A stretch of DNA of 64,000 bases from Azolla caroliniana (Eukaryota; Plantae; Polypodiophyta): positions 13,516,001-13,580,000 of the forward strand of contig JBHGNT010000016.1 of NCBI GenBank assembly GCA_043228905.1. The letters are read 5' to 3'. Under the pieces are notes generated by a model that had not been told where the DNA came from, made no database searches, and saw only the letters and a program-made list of their open reading frames with translations. Position numbers and translations under genes: made by a program. Of this stretch, positions 37,659-50,600 are shown one piece after another; positions within the stretch are counted from its first letter, which is position 1, and each line of letters opens with the position of its first letter.

Positions 37659-38602
37659 TGACTCCCTGATTCAGCCCGATGGGATGGTCCTTCTACGACA
37701 GTTCTGTCATCTGCGAATGATACCTTCTTGCCAACTGTTTTCTGTTGATTCCGTTGAGAGAAGATAGAGTCTTCATTGAAGACTACGTTGCTGCTCCGGA
37801 TCAGTTTTTGGTTCTCAGGGTCCTATAGCGTGTAGCCGAAGTCCCCATCGGTTCCATAACCGAGAAATATACACTTCATTGCATGGGGTGCCAACTTCAT
37901 TCTTTTGTCCCTGGGGTTGAATACGTAGGCCTTGCATCTGAATATACAGATCTGGAGCGTCTGCAATGCCTTGGCCTAGAATTCCAGCTTCAGTCCGGCT
38001 TGCTAGAGCATTGTCGTCGCCCTCTCCTGGATCATCCTATTGATCCGTTCAACCACTCCATTTTGCATGGGTGTGTAGGGAACAGTCTTTTGGTGTCGGA
38101 TCCCTTTTTCGGATAAGTACTGTTTGAAGGCTCTGGAGCTATACTCACCTCCGTTGTCGGATCGGAGTGTCTTCACTTTGTATCCCAAGTGGTTCTCCAA
38201 TTTGGATATCCAACGAGTGAAGAGCTCAAACGCTTCATCTTTGGACTTGATGGAGTATACCCAAACTCTCCGTGTACAGTCATCTACGGATGTGATGAAG
38301 TACCGGGAGCCTCCTAGTGATCGCTCTGGCATGGGCCCAGATATGTCTATGTGCACGAGCTCTAGCTGTTGTCGTACCGTCTTGTAATGGAGAGTGTGCG
38401 GACTTTGGGTTTGTTTCCCATATTGATAATGCTCGCAGAAGTCTATCTTCACTTGGAGTTTCGGGATGTAGGCCACTGCTATTAGTCGATCAAGTCTGTC
38501 TTGAGACATATCGCCAAGTAGGCATGCCATAAGTTCGGGTTGGTTTTCTCGACTGCGTTCACGGCTCCTTAAGGGTTTATTGCCATCAATGGGTATAGAT
38601 TG

Positions 38603-40282
38603 TGTTGAGAATCAAGCTCAACATAGTGCAACATGTGAACACACCTTTTGAGAATCCATGATTACTCAAAGGTCAAGAGTCACACCACTACTCTCTACAC
38701 ATTAACTATATGTCATAGAATCATATTCTATGACACATAACTAATGAGTTACATATTCCCCATGACTATGAGTCTTCACATTCCCCAAGAGAGAGAGTGG
38801 TTGTTGTAAAGTTAATGAAGAGAGAGGGTGACTCTATATAAAGCACCCTCCTCATACTTCATACTAAGTCGGTTGTGACTCCTGATTATGCTACATTTTG
38901 TAAATCTTATTCTACTTGTGAAATATACACCTTCTTCTTGAGTATTCTATTTTCCTATCATTTATCTATCTTGAGTTCTCTTTTCTCTCCACTCTTCTTC
39001 TCTCACACATATACGCACATAACACACATCTATTCCGCTACACAAGAATCATATCTGATTCTTTACATGGTATTAGAGCGATTTGGTAACTTGATCGAGC
39101 CCACTCGCCTCATCGTGATCGTGTGTTGTGCTCTACACCAACATTAAAGAAGAACCGGCTCATCGTTATCGTAGTACCAGTACATAGTTCGTGTTCGAGA
39201 GAGAAGGAAAAGAAGAAAGAAAGCTTAATCGACAATGAATACTCAAATGGGGAGCGCTCTCCCTAGCGAGAAGTTAGACCGAAACAACTTCGCATCTTGG
39301 GAGTACAAGATGCACCAATACCTTGTCGGCCAAGGCTATTGGGGTTACATCAAGGGAGCACAAGAAAATCCACCCAAGCCGGAAGACGCCGACTATGCAT
39401 TGTGGGAGCAAGCGACAAGCCGAGTGATTTATTGCTTGGCGACATGTGTTCACGACCACATGCTTGGCTACATTCGAGAAGCCGAGACGCCGAAAGAAGC
39501 GTGGGAGAATCTATGAAAGATTTTCGCCGCCAACACGACTACGAGAAAGCTTCAACTCTGCCAAGAGTTGAATAACATTCAACAACGGGATATGTCCATT
39601 ACAAGCTACATCTTGAAGATCAAGGAGCTTTGTGACTCACTTGGCTCGATAAGCGTCAATGTGGACGATGATGAGATGGTGCAAATATGCCTCGGCGGCC
39701 TTGCACCACGATTCGGCACGATGCGGATCGTCGTACTAGCACGGGAGAATCCACCCTCCTTCTTCGATCTTCAATCCATGTTGTTGGTTGAAGAGAATCA
39801 TGTTCGAACAAGGAACAACACCTCGGAAGGCCAAATGATCTACACGCATTCGGACGGAGAAAGAGGATGCGGCCGTGCAAGAAGAGGCTGATTCGTCCAA
39901 GGACGTGGCGGACGAGGCAGACAAGGCCCGATTTACGAAAACAACTCGCAATTTCCGCATCAAGACGGAAGCCATCGAGGAACCTTCGGAAGAAGGGGGA
40001 ACTTCCATTCCGGCCCGAACCGACAAAGCTCGGTCGAATGCGGATATTGTGGAAAAATCGGTCACCACGAAGAAGAATGCCGTAAGATGATACGCAAGTC
40101 GGCTTCCACTAGCCGACAACTCACCAACTATGTCATCAACTCCGATTATGATGATGGCCGCGGAATGTTCGTGATGAGACATAGAGCGTATTCTATGTCG
40201 GCCTCTACTTCCACTAGTGCCTCCGGTCTAGAAGTCGTATGGTTCGTCGATTCCGGTGCCTCGAACCATATGACGTCGCATC
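38603..40282 (+). mobile_element. Copia family C copy 2 (5' LTR 38603-39067, PBS 39068-39079, gag 39235-40200), cut in the protease by element D
   Basis: TGTTGAGA...TTTACA; TGGTATTAGAGC; MNTQMGSALPSEKLDRNNFASW; CGYCGKIGHHEEEC knuckle; WFVDSGASNHMTSH. Confidence 0.9.
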
Positions 40283-43200
40283 TGTTAGAAAACAGGTCCC
40301 TCCGGATGGGAAGTGAGAAGAACAATGTTGATGAGGCAACCAGATGTGGAGTACCCGGCAACGGAAGACCCGGTGAAAACCAGATGACGAGTGCCCGGCA
40401 AGAGCCGGATGATGCAGGCCCGGTGAGGAGTGCTCACTGGATGAAGGGACATATTCGTAAATATTTTTCGGAGAGTCCATTGGGGCTATATTTGTAAATA
40501 GCCGAAAAGTCATATTAGTATAAATATGACTTAGGGAAAACTTTGGTCGTAGTATTCATTCTTGTTGGTGCAAGACTAGAGTGCGTAACTCTGTACAAAG
40601 AGAGAGAGAGAGAGGAAGAGGTCGTTGCCTCTATTGTAACCACCGCCTGTGGTGAAGATAGCAAGCTCGAGGTCGTTGCCTCGGCACTTTTACTATTGTA
40701 CATTGTGATATAGTGATAGTTTGCAGTCTGTGGGCTGCCGTGGTTTTTCCCATGTTTGGGTTTTCCACGTAAACATCCTGTGTACTCTTCTCTTTACTGT
40801 GTCGTGCGTACATCACCCGTTTTCTGTGTTTGATCCTAGACTCGGTTGTGGCCGAGCGTTGTGCGTTGAGAGCGCATAGTCCTTTCAAACTGGTATCAGA
40901 GCGAAATGACACAGAAAATGGATGAATCGTTGGGAGGCATGTTCAAGCTCACCAGCTCCAACTATTCGGTGTGGAAGTCGAAGATGAGGGACATGCTCGT
41001 GGTTAAAGATCTTTGGTTGCCGGTTCAGTTTGGGGACAAGAGACCGGACAAAATCGACGCCACGATATGGGAGGTGATGCACATAAAGACAACGGCGTAC
41101 ATATGGTGTTTCATCGACACGAGTCTATACAACAACTTCAATGAAGAGAGCAAGGCTCATGAGCTCTTGGAGAAGATCGACATTATGTTTCAGAACAAAA
41201 ATGTTGTTAATCAGGTTTCGGTATTTCGGAAGCTAGTAAGACTCCGGTACCAAGATGGCTCCAGCATGGCGGAGCACATGAATGCCTTCTAGGGGCTGAT
41301 ACACCAAGAAACATCATTAGAAGTACCTCTCGCCGATGAGGTACTAGCACTACTCCTGCTCGGTTCCCTCCTAGATAGCTGGGAGACGTTGGTTGTCACT
41401 TTAGGCAACGCCGGGCCGGAAGGGAAACAGTTATCCCTAGCAAGAGTGAAGTCGAGCTTGCTAGATGAGGAGGCGCGTCCGAAAGACAAGGATACAAACT
41501 CCGACTCCAAAGCGCTCATTACCGAATCGGAACTCGGAAGACAAAGGAACCGTAGTCCCCAGAACCGGGAGAAATCGAGGACACAGTCAAAGTCAAGGGG
41601 GAGGCCTACCTGCTTCTATTGCGGCAAGCCGGGACACTTCCAGAAGAACTGTCGGCACTTCCGAAAAGACAAGGAATCCAATGGTACCGATTCGAAGCAG
41701 ACACCGGACCGGAATGGTAAAGAGTGGAGGGGGACAGACCGGAAGGGAACGACGGCAATCGCGGCAAGTAAAGAAGAGTTGATGCTCATCACCGAGGAGA
41801 GTCAATTGAACCTTGCCGGCGACGAGACAACGTGGGTTGTTGATTCCGGAGCGTCGTTCCACCTTACCCCGAACCGTAAATACTTCTCATCCTACTCAGC
41901 CGGTGATCACGGCTATGTCCGAATGGGGAATGAAGGTACATGCCGAGTTGTCAGCATAGGAGACGTGTGGATGACAACACCAACCGGATGCAAGCTGCTG
42001 CTGAAGGATGTCTGACACGTTCCGGAGGTTCGCCTGAACCTGATATCAGCCGATCCGCTAGATGATGAAGGCTACACGGGGAAGGGAATCTGGCTCGAAT
42101 TTACTGTGCTGAAGATGCCGGAACTAAACGGGTTGGCCGAGAGGATGAACCAGACCATAATGGAGAGGGTCCGGAGTATGCTTGCGCATGCAAAACTACC
42201 CAAGAAGTTTTGGGCTGAGGCACTGTTGACGGCGACATATGTGATAAACAGATCACCCTCAGTACCCTTGGACGGAAACACGCCACAGAGAGTCTGGACC
42301 GGTAAGGAAGTGTCCTACCGGCATCTGAAGGTATTCTGGTGTCTTGCATACGTGCATGTTGCTAAGGACCGGTGAGGAAAGTTGGACCCAAAGACCCGGC
42401 CATACATATTCCTCGGTTACGGCGACGATGAGTTCGGCTACCGAGTGTGTGATTTGGCCGACAAGAAGGTATTCTGGAGTCGAGATGTTTTCTTCATGGA
42501 GGACAAGATGCTCGCTGACTGGGAGTCGGAGAAGAAGATAATGAACTCCGAGTTGACCGATAAGGATTGATTCTACGATGTGCAGACCCAACCGGCAAGA
42601 GACCGGTTAGCACTCGATGAACCGGCCGGTGATGGTAAGGAGACAAGACAGGTCGAAGAAGAAGGAATAGGTGAAACCGAAACCGGACAAGACCCCGAAT
42701 CGGATTCGGATGAAGAGAAAATAGTGGAGCCGGTTGCTGAAGGCCAAAGACGGAGATATCCTCTCAGAGAGAGAAGGCCCCCCCGGAGATTTCCGGATGC
42801 AGAGCATGTGCTGCTGACCGATGAGGGAGAGCCAGAAAGCTTCGAAGAAGTGAAAGATGACACCCACAACCACAAATGGTTAAGTGTCATGAAGGATGAG
42901 ATGGATTCCCTGCATGAGAACCATACGTACGAATTGGTGGAGTTGCCGAAAGGAAAGTAGGCACTCCGAAACAAGTGGGTGTACAAGTGGAAACCGGGAG
43001 ATGCCGGCAACCCCCCGAGACACAAAGCCAGGATCGTGGTGAAGGGGTTCTAGCAGAAGAAGGGCGTGGACTTCGACAAGATATTTCCCCCGTAGTAAAG
43101 ATGACCTCCATCCGGATGGTGCTGAGTATAGCGGCAAGCATGGACCTCGAGGTAGACCAGCTGGACGTGAGGACGGCATTCCTTCACGGTGACCTCGAAG

Positions 43201-43712
43201 AGGAGATCTACATGCCGCAACCGGAAGGATTCCTGGAGAAAGGGAAGGAGCACCTGGTCTGCTGGTTGAAGAAGAGCCTGTACGGACTGAACCAGGCTCC
43301 CCGACAATGGTACCAGAAGTTCGACTCCTTCATGACCGATCAAGGGTACCACAAGACATAGGTTGATAACTGCGTGTTTGTGAAGAAGTTCAAAGGAGGC
43401 GACCTCCTGATACTCCTTCTGTACGTGGACGACATGTTGATCGTAGGACGGGACCAAGCCAAAATACGGATGCTGAAGAAGGCTCTCAACCGAACCTTCG
43501 CAATGAACGACTTGGGCCCGGCAAGACAGATACTGGGGATGCACATCATCCGGGACCGGTCAAAGAAGCAATTGTGGCTGTCACAGGAGAAATATGTGAC
43601 AAAGGTGCTTCAGCGGTTCAACATGTTAGAAGCAAAACCGGTCGGATCGACACTCCCGGCAAACTGCAGACTATCCGGTAAGCAAAGTCTGAAGACGAAA
43701 GCAGAGAAGGCA
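40283..43712 (+). mobile_element. Tork/Tnt1-like Copia element D (5' LTR 40283-40887, Met PBS 40891-40902, degenerate gag-pol with a deletion near 42075, 3' truncated)
   Basis: TGGTATCAGAGC; CFYCGKPGHFQKNC; WVVDSGASFH; NGLAERMN; QLDVRTAFLHG; LYVDDML. Confidence 0.9.
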
Positions 43713-45657
43713 GGTTCCTTTTCGTCTTCAAACCCCTGGTCGACTATGTTGGGCTTGGCTTCACATTCTGGTGCTCTTGTGTTGTCGACTTAGTCATTGG
43801 CTCAGTGCATGTAGATACAGATCTAGTCGATATCAGCCCACTGGTATCACATGATGCATCTACCTGCAAAATAAGATCATCTGTCCAACTGGTGCACCCA
43901 TCTTCTTTGTCAAGAAGAAAGATGGCTCACTTCATCTTGTCACTGATTACCGCGGATTGAATAAAGTCACCATCCGGAATAGGTATGCACTTCCTCTTAT
44001 ATCAAGTCTTTTAGAGCGAGTTAATGGTGCCAAGTTTTTTACTAAAATCGACCTACGAGGAGCGTATAACCTCGTGTGAATCCGACCGGGAGATGAGTGG
44101 AAGACCGCCTTTCGCACGCGGTATGGGCATTTCGAGTATACTGTTATTCCGTTTGGCCTAACCAATGCACCCCCAGTCTTCCAACACATGGCAAATGATA
44201 TATTCATAGACCTCTTGGATATCTGTTTGATCATTTATCTGCATGATCTATTGATTTATTCGAAGACCCAGGAAGAGCACGATTCTCATGTACTATTAGT
44301 ACTAAAGCGACTCCGCGAGAATGGTCTTTATGCCAAGCTAGAAAAATGTAGCTTTGACTGCAAGCAAGTGGAATTTCTAGGCTACGTCATCTCCTCAAAG
44401 GGCATCGCCATGGATCCAGCTAAAATCCAAACTGTACTAGAATGGCAAATTCCATGGTCAGTACGAGATGTACAATGTTTTCTAGGTTTTGCTAACTTCT
44501 ACCGTAAGTTTATACAGGATTACTCGAAGATTATTTTACCTCTCACACAACTTACGAAGAAGGGCCAAGAATTTCTTTGGTCCATAGAAGCAGATATGGC
44601 TTTTCGGCATCTTAAGAAAGCCTTTACATCAGCACTGATTCTAGCTCATGTGGATACAAGCAAACCATTCATCATGGAGGCCGACGCATCAGATTTCGCC
44701 CTTGGTAGCATCCTTTCTCAACAAGGCGATAAAGAAGAGTTGCATCCGGTGGCTTTCCATTTGCGCAAATTCGATGTTGCAGAAATCAACTACGAAATAC
44801 ATGACAAGGAGTTATTAGCCATCGTGGATTCATTTGTACAATGGCGGCATTTCTTAGAGGTCTCTCCACATCAGGTCATTGTCTTTAGCGATCATAAAAA
44901 TCTTGCTTATTTTCAAAACGCTCGCGTGCTAAATCGACGGCAAGCTCGGTGGGCGCAATTCCTCACGCGTTTCGACTTCAAAATCACATATTGACCGGGG
45001 AAGCAGCAAGGAAAAGCAGATGCACTATCATGGCGTTCATATCTTGCACCTCGTCCTGGTGACGCAACATTTGATAATCAAAAGCAAGTAATCTTGGGAC
45101 CAACACAATTGCACACGACGCGGATTTTTCACACCCCGATGGATTCACGGATTACCGATGACATACGTGCAACCTTGAAGACGGATAGTTTTGCTCAAGA
45201 CATCTTGGCGCACATTGATACTTCTCGGGCATCCTGTTCTCAGTCTCAACAACCAGGTATTGACTACCGACAATTCAAATATCATGATGGTTTGTTATTC
45301 TTTAAAAAGCGCGTATATGTCCCCGATTGCTCCTGTCGCCTTCAAATCGTCCAACATTGTCACGACACCCATACGGCGGGACATTTCGGTAGTACTAAGA
45401 TGTTGGAGTTAGTGCAACGATCTTTTTGGTGGCCCCACATGTGCCGTTTTATCGACGACTACGTTCGGACCTGTGATGCTTGTTGCCGAGCAAAGATGCC
45501 TCGACACCATCCATATAGCTTGTTGGAACCCTTACCGATTCCCAGTAAGCCGTGGCAGTCTATTTGTCTTAATTTTATCACAGATCTACCGGTCTCGAAG
45601 GGGTTCAATGCTATCCTAACCGTCGTCAATCGATATACGAAGATGGCACATTTTGTG

Positions 45658-46084
45658 CCATGTACTAAAGCCATCACTAGCGAGGAAACCGCCGCTCTTG
45701 TTATGCGTGAGGTATTTCGGCATCATGGCCTCCCAGACAGTATTATCAGTGACCGAGGCCCGCAATTTGTCTCCAAATTTTGGCAGCATCTCTTCAAGAT
45801 GCTCAAGGTCTCCTGCAACCTCTCCTCCGGCTACCATCCTCAGACCGACGGGCAGGCGGAACGAACAAACCATGTACTAAAGCCATCACTAGCGAGGAAA
45901 CCGCCGCTCTTGTTATGCGTGAGGTATTTCGGCATCATGGCCTCCCAGACAGTATTATCAGTGACCGAGGCCCGCAATTTGTCTCCAAATTTTGGCAGCA
46001 TCTCTTCAAGATGCTCAAGGTCTCCTGCAACCTCTCCTCCGGCTACCATCCTCAGACCGACGGGCAGGCAGAACGAACAAACCA
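45658..46084. repeat. 212-bp tandem duplication inside the integrase core
   Basis: CCATGTACTAAAGCC... begins at 45658 and again at 45870; near-identical copies. Confidence 0.92.
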
Positions 46085-46842
46085 AACGTTGGAGCAATAT
46101 CTCTGGTGTTTCCTGAGTTATCAACAGGACGATTGGGCCGAGATTCTCCACTTTGCGGAGTTTGCGTATAATAATGCTATTCACTCCTTGACTCGGGTCT
46201 CCCCATTTTTCGTTTATACCGGTTTCCATCCTCATTGGTCGGTGATCGACACTCCGGAGCTACCTACCAACCCTCGTGCCGAGGATCATTTGGAGAGGCT
46301 AAGCAAGATCCAGATGGATCTCTCTACTAACCTTCATCATGCTCAACACACACAGAAGACTTATGCAGATCGTCATCGGATTCCCTCCTCTTTTGCCATC
46401 GGAGATCGAGTATGGCTCTTACGTCGTCACATCAAGACTACTCGACCGTGCGACAAGTTGGATTATCGACGACTCGGTCCCTTCCGTATTACGGGTAAGA
46501 TTAATGATGTCACCTTCCGCAGCTTCAGATACATCCGGTTTTGCATTGTTCTCTTCTTGAACCTTATAAAGCCAACACCATTCCCGATCGTGTGACACCA
46601 CCGCCGCCCCCGCTGGAGTTGCTGCCATCCTCGATTCCAAACTTGTTCGCAACAAACTTTATTACTTGGTCGATTGCCTCGGTTATAGTCCGAGCGAACG
46701 TACTTGGGAACCCGTCGAGCATGTTGCCAATGCACAGGATCTTCTTGTTGATTTCCACCGAAAGTATTCGGACAAACCCGGTCCGCAATTAGCGCTGACT
46801 CGTTCCACTCGTCGTCTTTAAGGGGGAGATAGTGTCATGATA

Positions 46843-46903
46843 TGGCAAGACTCGAACCCATGACCTTATGCTACATGGGTCGAGCTCTTACCATTAGACT
46901 ATG
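46843..46903 (-). promoter_or_regulatory. tRNA-like Pol III A-box/B-box cassette at the start of the LTR
   Basis: Minus strand TAGTCTAATGG (A box), 32 nt spacer, GGTTCGAGTCT (B box). Confidence 0.6.
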
Positions 46904-47077
46904 AATTGTAATTTGTATTATATTATTTTCATTTATGCTTTATCATAGAAAATTGATATATATTCCAGATCTCTCTGGAACATTCTAGAAGCTTCAGGAT
47001 TATTCCTAAAAACACTATAAAAGCAGGCACAAGGCATTGTTTTGAACCAAATTGGTTCAACACCAGTCTTAAGCCTC

Positions 47078-47609
47078 TTAGCTACTATACTAAACTATGG
47101 TAGTACCTAATTAGCTAAGTGGTAGCTAATTAGCTACTCATCTAACGTATGGTAGTAGCTAATTAGCTACCACTTAGCTAATTAGCTACTTTACTAAACT
47201 ATGGTAGTAGCTAAATAGCTACCACTTACATACTTAACTACTCTACTAAAGTATGGTAGTAGCTAATTAGCTAAGTGGTAGCTAATTAGCTACTGTACTA
47301 AACTATGGTAGTAGCTAATTATCTACCACTTAGCTAATTAGCTATTGTACTAAACTATGGTAGTAACTAATCAACTACCATTTAGCTAATTAGCTATTCT
47401 ATTAAACTATGGTGGTAGGTAATTAGCTACTCGGCTAACGTATGCTAGTAGCTAATTAGCTACCACTTAGCTAATTCGCTATTGTGGGAGTAGCTAATTT
47501 TCTACCACTTAGCTAATTAGCTACTATACTAAACTATGGTAATAGCTAATTAGCTACCACTTAGCTAATTAGCTACTGTACTAAACTATAGTAGTAGCTA
47601 ATTAGCTAC
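47078..47609. repeat. Palindromic minisatellite (TAGCTAATTAGCTA core), left part
   Basis: Repeated TAGCTAATTAGCTACCACTTAGCTAATTAGCTACTATACTAAACTATGGTAG. Confidence 0.92.
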
Positions 47610-50600
47610 TGTAAAGAATCGATGGTGATTCTTGTGCAACGAAATAGACTAGAGGTATGTGTTGTGAGTGTGTGTGTATGAGACAGAGAGAGAGTGAGAG
47701 AGAAATACAAGATAGATAGATTTGAACAACTATAGAATACTCAAGAAGATGTATATTACAAAGGAGATTAATCGACCTAATTACAAATTAGGAGGAGAGT
47801 GCTTTATATAGTCACTCTCTCTCTTCATTAATTATTGAAGCTCATGGGTCATGGGGAATGTGAAAACTCATTAGTTATGTGTCATAGAATATGATTTTAT
47901 GACACATAGTTAATGTGTGGATAAGAGTGGTGACTTTTGACCTTTGAGTGTATTCTCTCAAGAGTGTGTTCACACACTAGACTAGGTTGAGCTTGATTCT
48001 CAACACGCCCCCTCAAGCTCAACTTTGGTTGGCTACTTCGGTTGATGTCCGCTTCGGCTTGTATCCGGTTTGGACGGTATCCGGTACATCGGGCTCAGAC
48101 TCCCCCTCAAACTTGGCAAGTCAAGGATCGTCAATCCAAGGTCTGACCAGAATTGCGGAAGCTTGTCGGCTCCTAGGGCTTTGGTGAAGATGTCGGCTGT
48201 CTGAAGATTCGTAATGATATGTTGAAGGTCGACATCGCCAGCCTAAACACACTCTCGAATGAGGTGATAGTGCACTTCGATATGCTTCGTGCGTGCGTGG
48301 AACACAGGGTTTCGAGCCAGATAAATATTGCTCATGTTGTCGCAGTAAAGGAGAATCGGATCTTTGATGGGAACGCCTAGATCCTTTAACATCCTCTTGA
48401 GCCATACGGCTTGACATGCAGCCACCGCCGTGCCCTTGTATTTGGCCTCTGTGCTCGAAAGAGCGACAGTTGGTTGCTTCTTGCTACTCCAGGAGATGGC
48501 TCCACTTCCGAGGCAGAAGACGAAACCAGAGGTTGATCGTCGGTCTGCTTTGTAGCTTGCCCAGTCAGCATCTATTTACCCCTCGAGTTGAATTGGCATG
48601 GCCGACTTATAGAGAATGTCATAGTCCATCATTCCACTCACATATCGTAGCACTCCCTTAGCACAATCCAAATGGATATCTCGTGGCGTTTGCATGAATT
48701 GGCTAAGAAGGCCGACCTGATAGCTCAAGTTTGGTTGAGTGATCGTGAGGTAGAGAAGACTACCAATCAGTTGTCTATACTGAGTCGGTTCACACTCTGT
48801 GGTGCCAAAATTGGCATCTAGTTTGAGGTTTCGGTCGAGAGGTGTTGCCATAGACTTGCACTTAGTTATCCCGAACTTGTATAACAAGTTGAAAATGTAG
48901 TGTCGTTGGGAGATCATAATCCCGGCTGGAGTCCGAATTACCTCGATGCAAAGGAAGTAGTGGAGATCTTTCATGTCCATCATCTCGAATTTGTTGGAAA
49001 TGAGGGATTTGACCTTGTTTATGTCGACTAGATGCTCACCCCCAATGACCAGATCATCCGTGTATAGGATGATGACGATCGGACTTTCGGAATCGCGTCT
49101 TACACAAAGAGAATTGTCGAATTTTGACATTCCGAAGTCGATTCGATGAAGATATTGTGTTATCTTCGAGTGCCAAGCACGTGGTGCTTGCTTAAGGCCG
49201 TAGAGAGGTTTCTTGAGTTGGTAGATGGCTTTCCGATGAATGTTGGATTCGAAGCCGGGTGGGTGTACCATGTACACCTCCTCTTCTAATTCGCCTTGAA
49301 GAAAAGTGTTCTTGACATCCATCTAGTGGAGGTGCCACCCTTTCGCTGCTGCAAGCGCTATCACAGTTCGCACGGTTGTCATCTTTGCCACCGGGGCAAA
49401 GGTCTCTTCATAGTCGACGCCCTGTGTTTCTGCGTAGCCCTTTCTTACAAGTCGAGCTTTGTAGTGGTTGACAGAACCGTCGGCATTATATTTCACTTTG
49501 TATATCCATCTGCAGCCGATTGCCTTCTTGTGCGGTGAGTGAGGGATGAGATCCCATGTCTCATTCTTGCTGAGAGCTTGCATCTCCTCGTTCATCGCTT
49601 CAACCCATTGTGTATCTTTAGAGGCTTTGGCAAAGCTCTCCGGTTCCCGAACTACTGCCACCTTCATCATAAAGGCATAGTGGTATGCCATATAGTCGTT
49701 GTAGCCGAATCGGCTAACCAGATTCTTCTCTCGGGTGGAGTGACGGAGTTTCTCTTTTGCCAATGTGAGTGTTTTTTCAACTCCGGGTGATCTTGTAAGA
49801 GACACATCAAAGCCATCTAACTCACTATCGAGTGGATGGGCAGATTCGTTGCCATCGAAGTGATCGTCTTCATATTTCGGCATTTTGGCCTTCCCTTTGT
49901 CCATCTTTGGACTTGGCCGAGATGTGCTTTGGTTGCTCGGAGGCTCTTGTGGTCCACTCAATCTAGTTGAGATCGGACTCTCTTTGAGTATTGACCTTAG
50001 TTGATCATCTTCTTCTATGTTGTCAAGGTCATTTGTAGATGATTCGGGAGGAGTCGGCTCGGGTTTGTGCCATGATGTCGATTCATCAAAGATGACATCC
50101 CGACTTACACGAGTCTTCCGAGTAGAGGGGTTGAAGCACTTGTACCCCTTTTGCTCTAGTGAGTACCCCACGAGGATGCACTTCTCTGATTTTGGGTCAA
50201 GCTTCTGCCGCTTCTCATCGGGAATGTGCACGTATGCAATGGAGCCGAATATCCTTACATGGGATAGATCCGGCTTCTTCCCATAGTATTTCTCGTGGGG
50301 GGTGACCTTGTGCACTCCAAATGTTGTGAATTGGTTCATGAGGTAGATGGCGGTATTTGCAGCTTCTGCCTAATATGACTTGGGCATATGCTTCTCATTT
50401 AGCATGGCCCTTGCTACTTCGAGGATGTGCCAATTCTTGCATACAGCTACACTGTTCTGTTGCGGTGTGTGTCGACAAGTGAATTCTTGCCGAATTCCTT
50501 CTTGTCCAAGGTATGCCGTGAACGGATCGGAGAAGTATTCCTTTCCTCCGTCTGACCGAAAACATCGTACATGATGCCCAGTTGTCTTTTCGACTTCACT

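Larger units (their letters stand above)
22779..38602 (-). mobile_element. Tork/Tnt1-like Copia element F (3' LTR ~22779-23046, RT-RH 23249-24850, INT 37659-38560), split by the Sola2-like transposon; 5' truncated
   Basis: LYVDDML, YTDSDY, KHIEVRYH, LRSDNGGEY; minus-strand PPT next to 23047. Confidence 0.85.
43886..47077 (+). mobile_element. Chromovirus (Tcn1-like) Gypsy element E, 5' truncated: RT-RH-INT-chromodomain, PPT 46820-46832, partial 3' LTR from 46833
   Basis: [80 protein letters not shown]. Confidence 0.92.

Noticed and set aside
46843-46903. Functional tRNA gene
   Set aside because: Only the A/B boxes and T-arm look right; acceptor and anticodon stems are not convincing.
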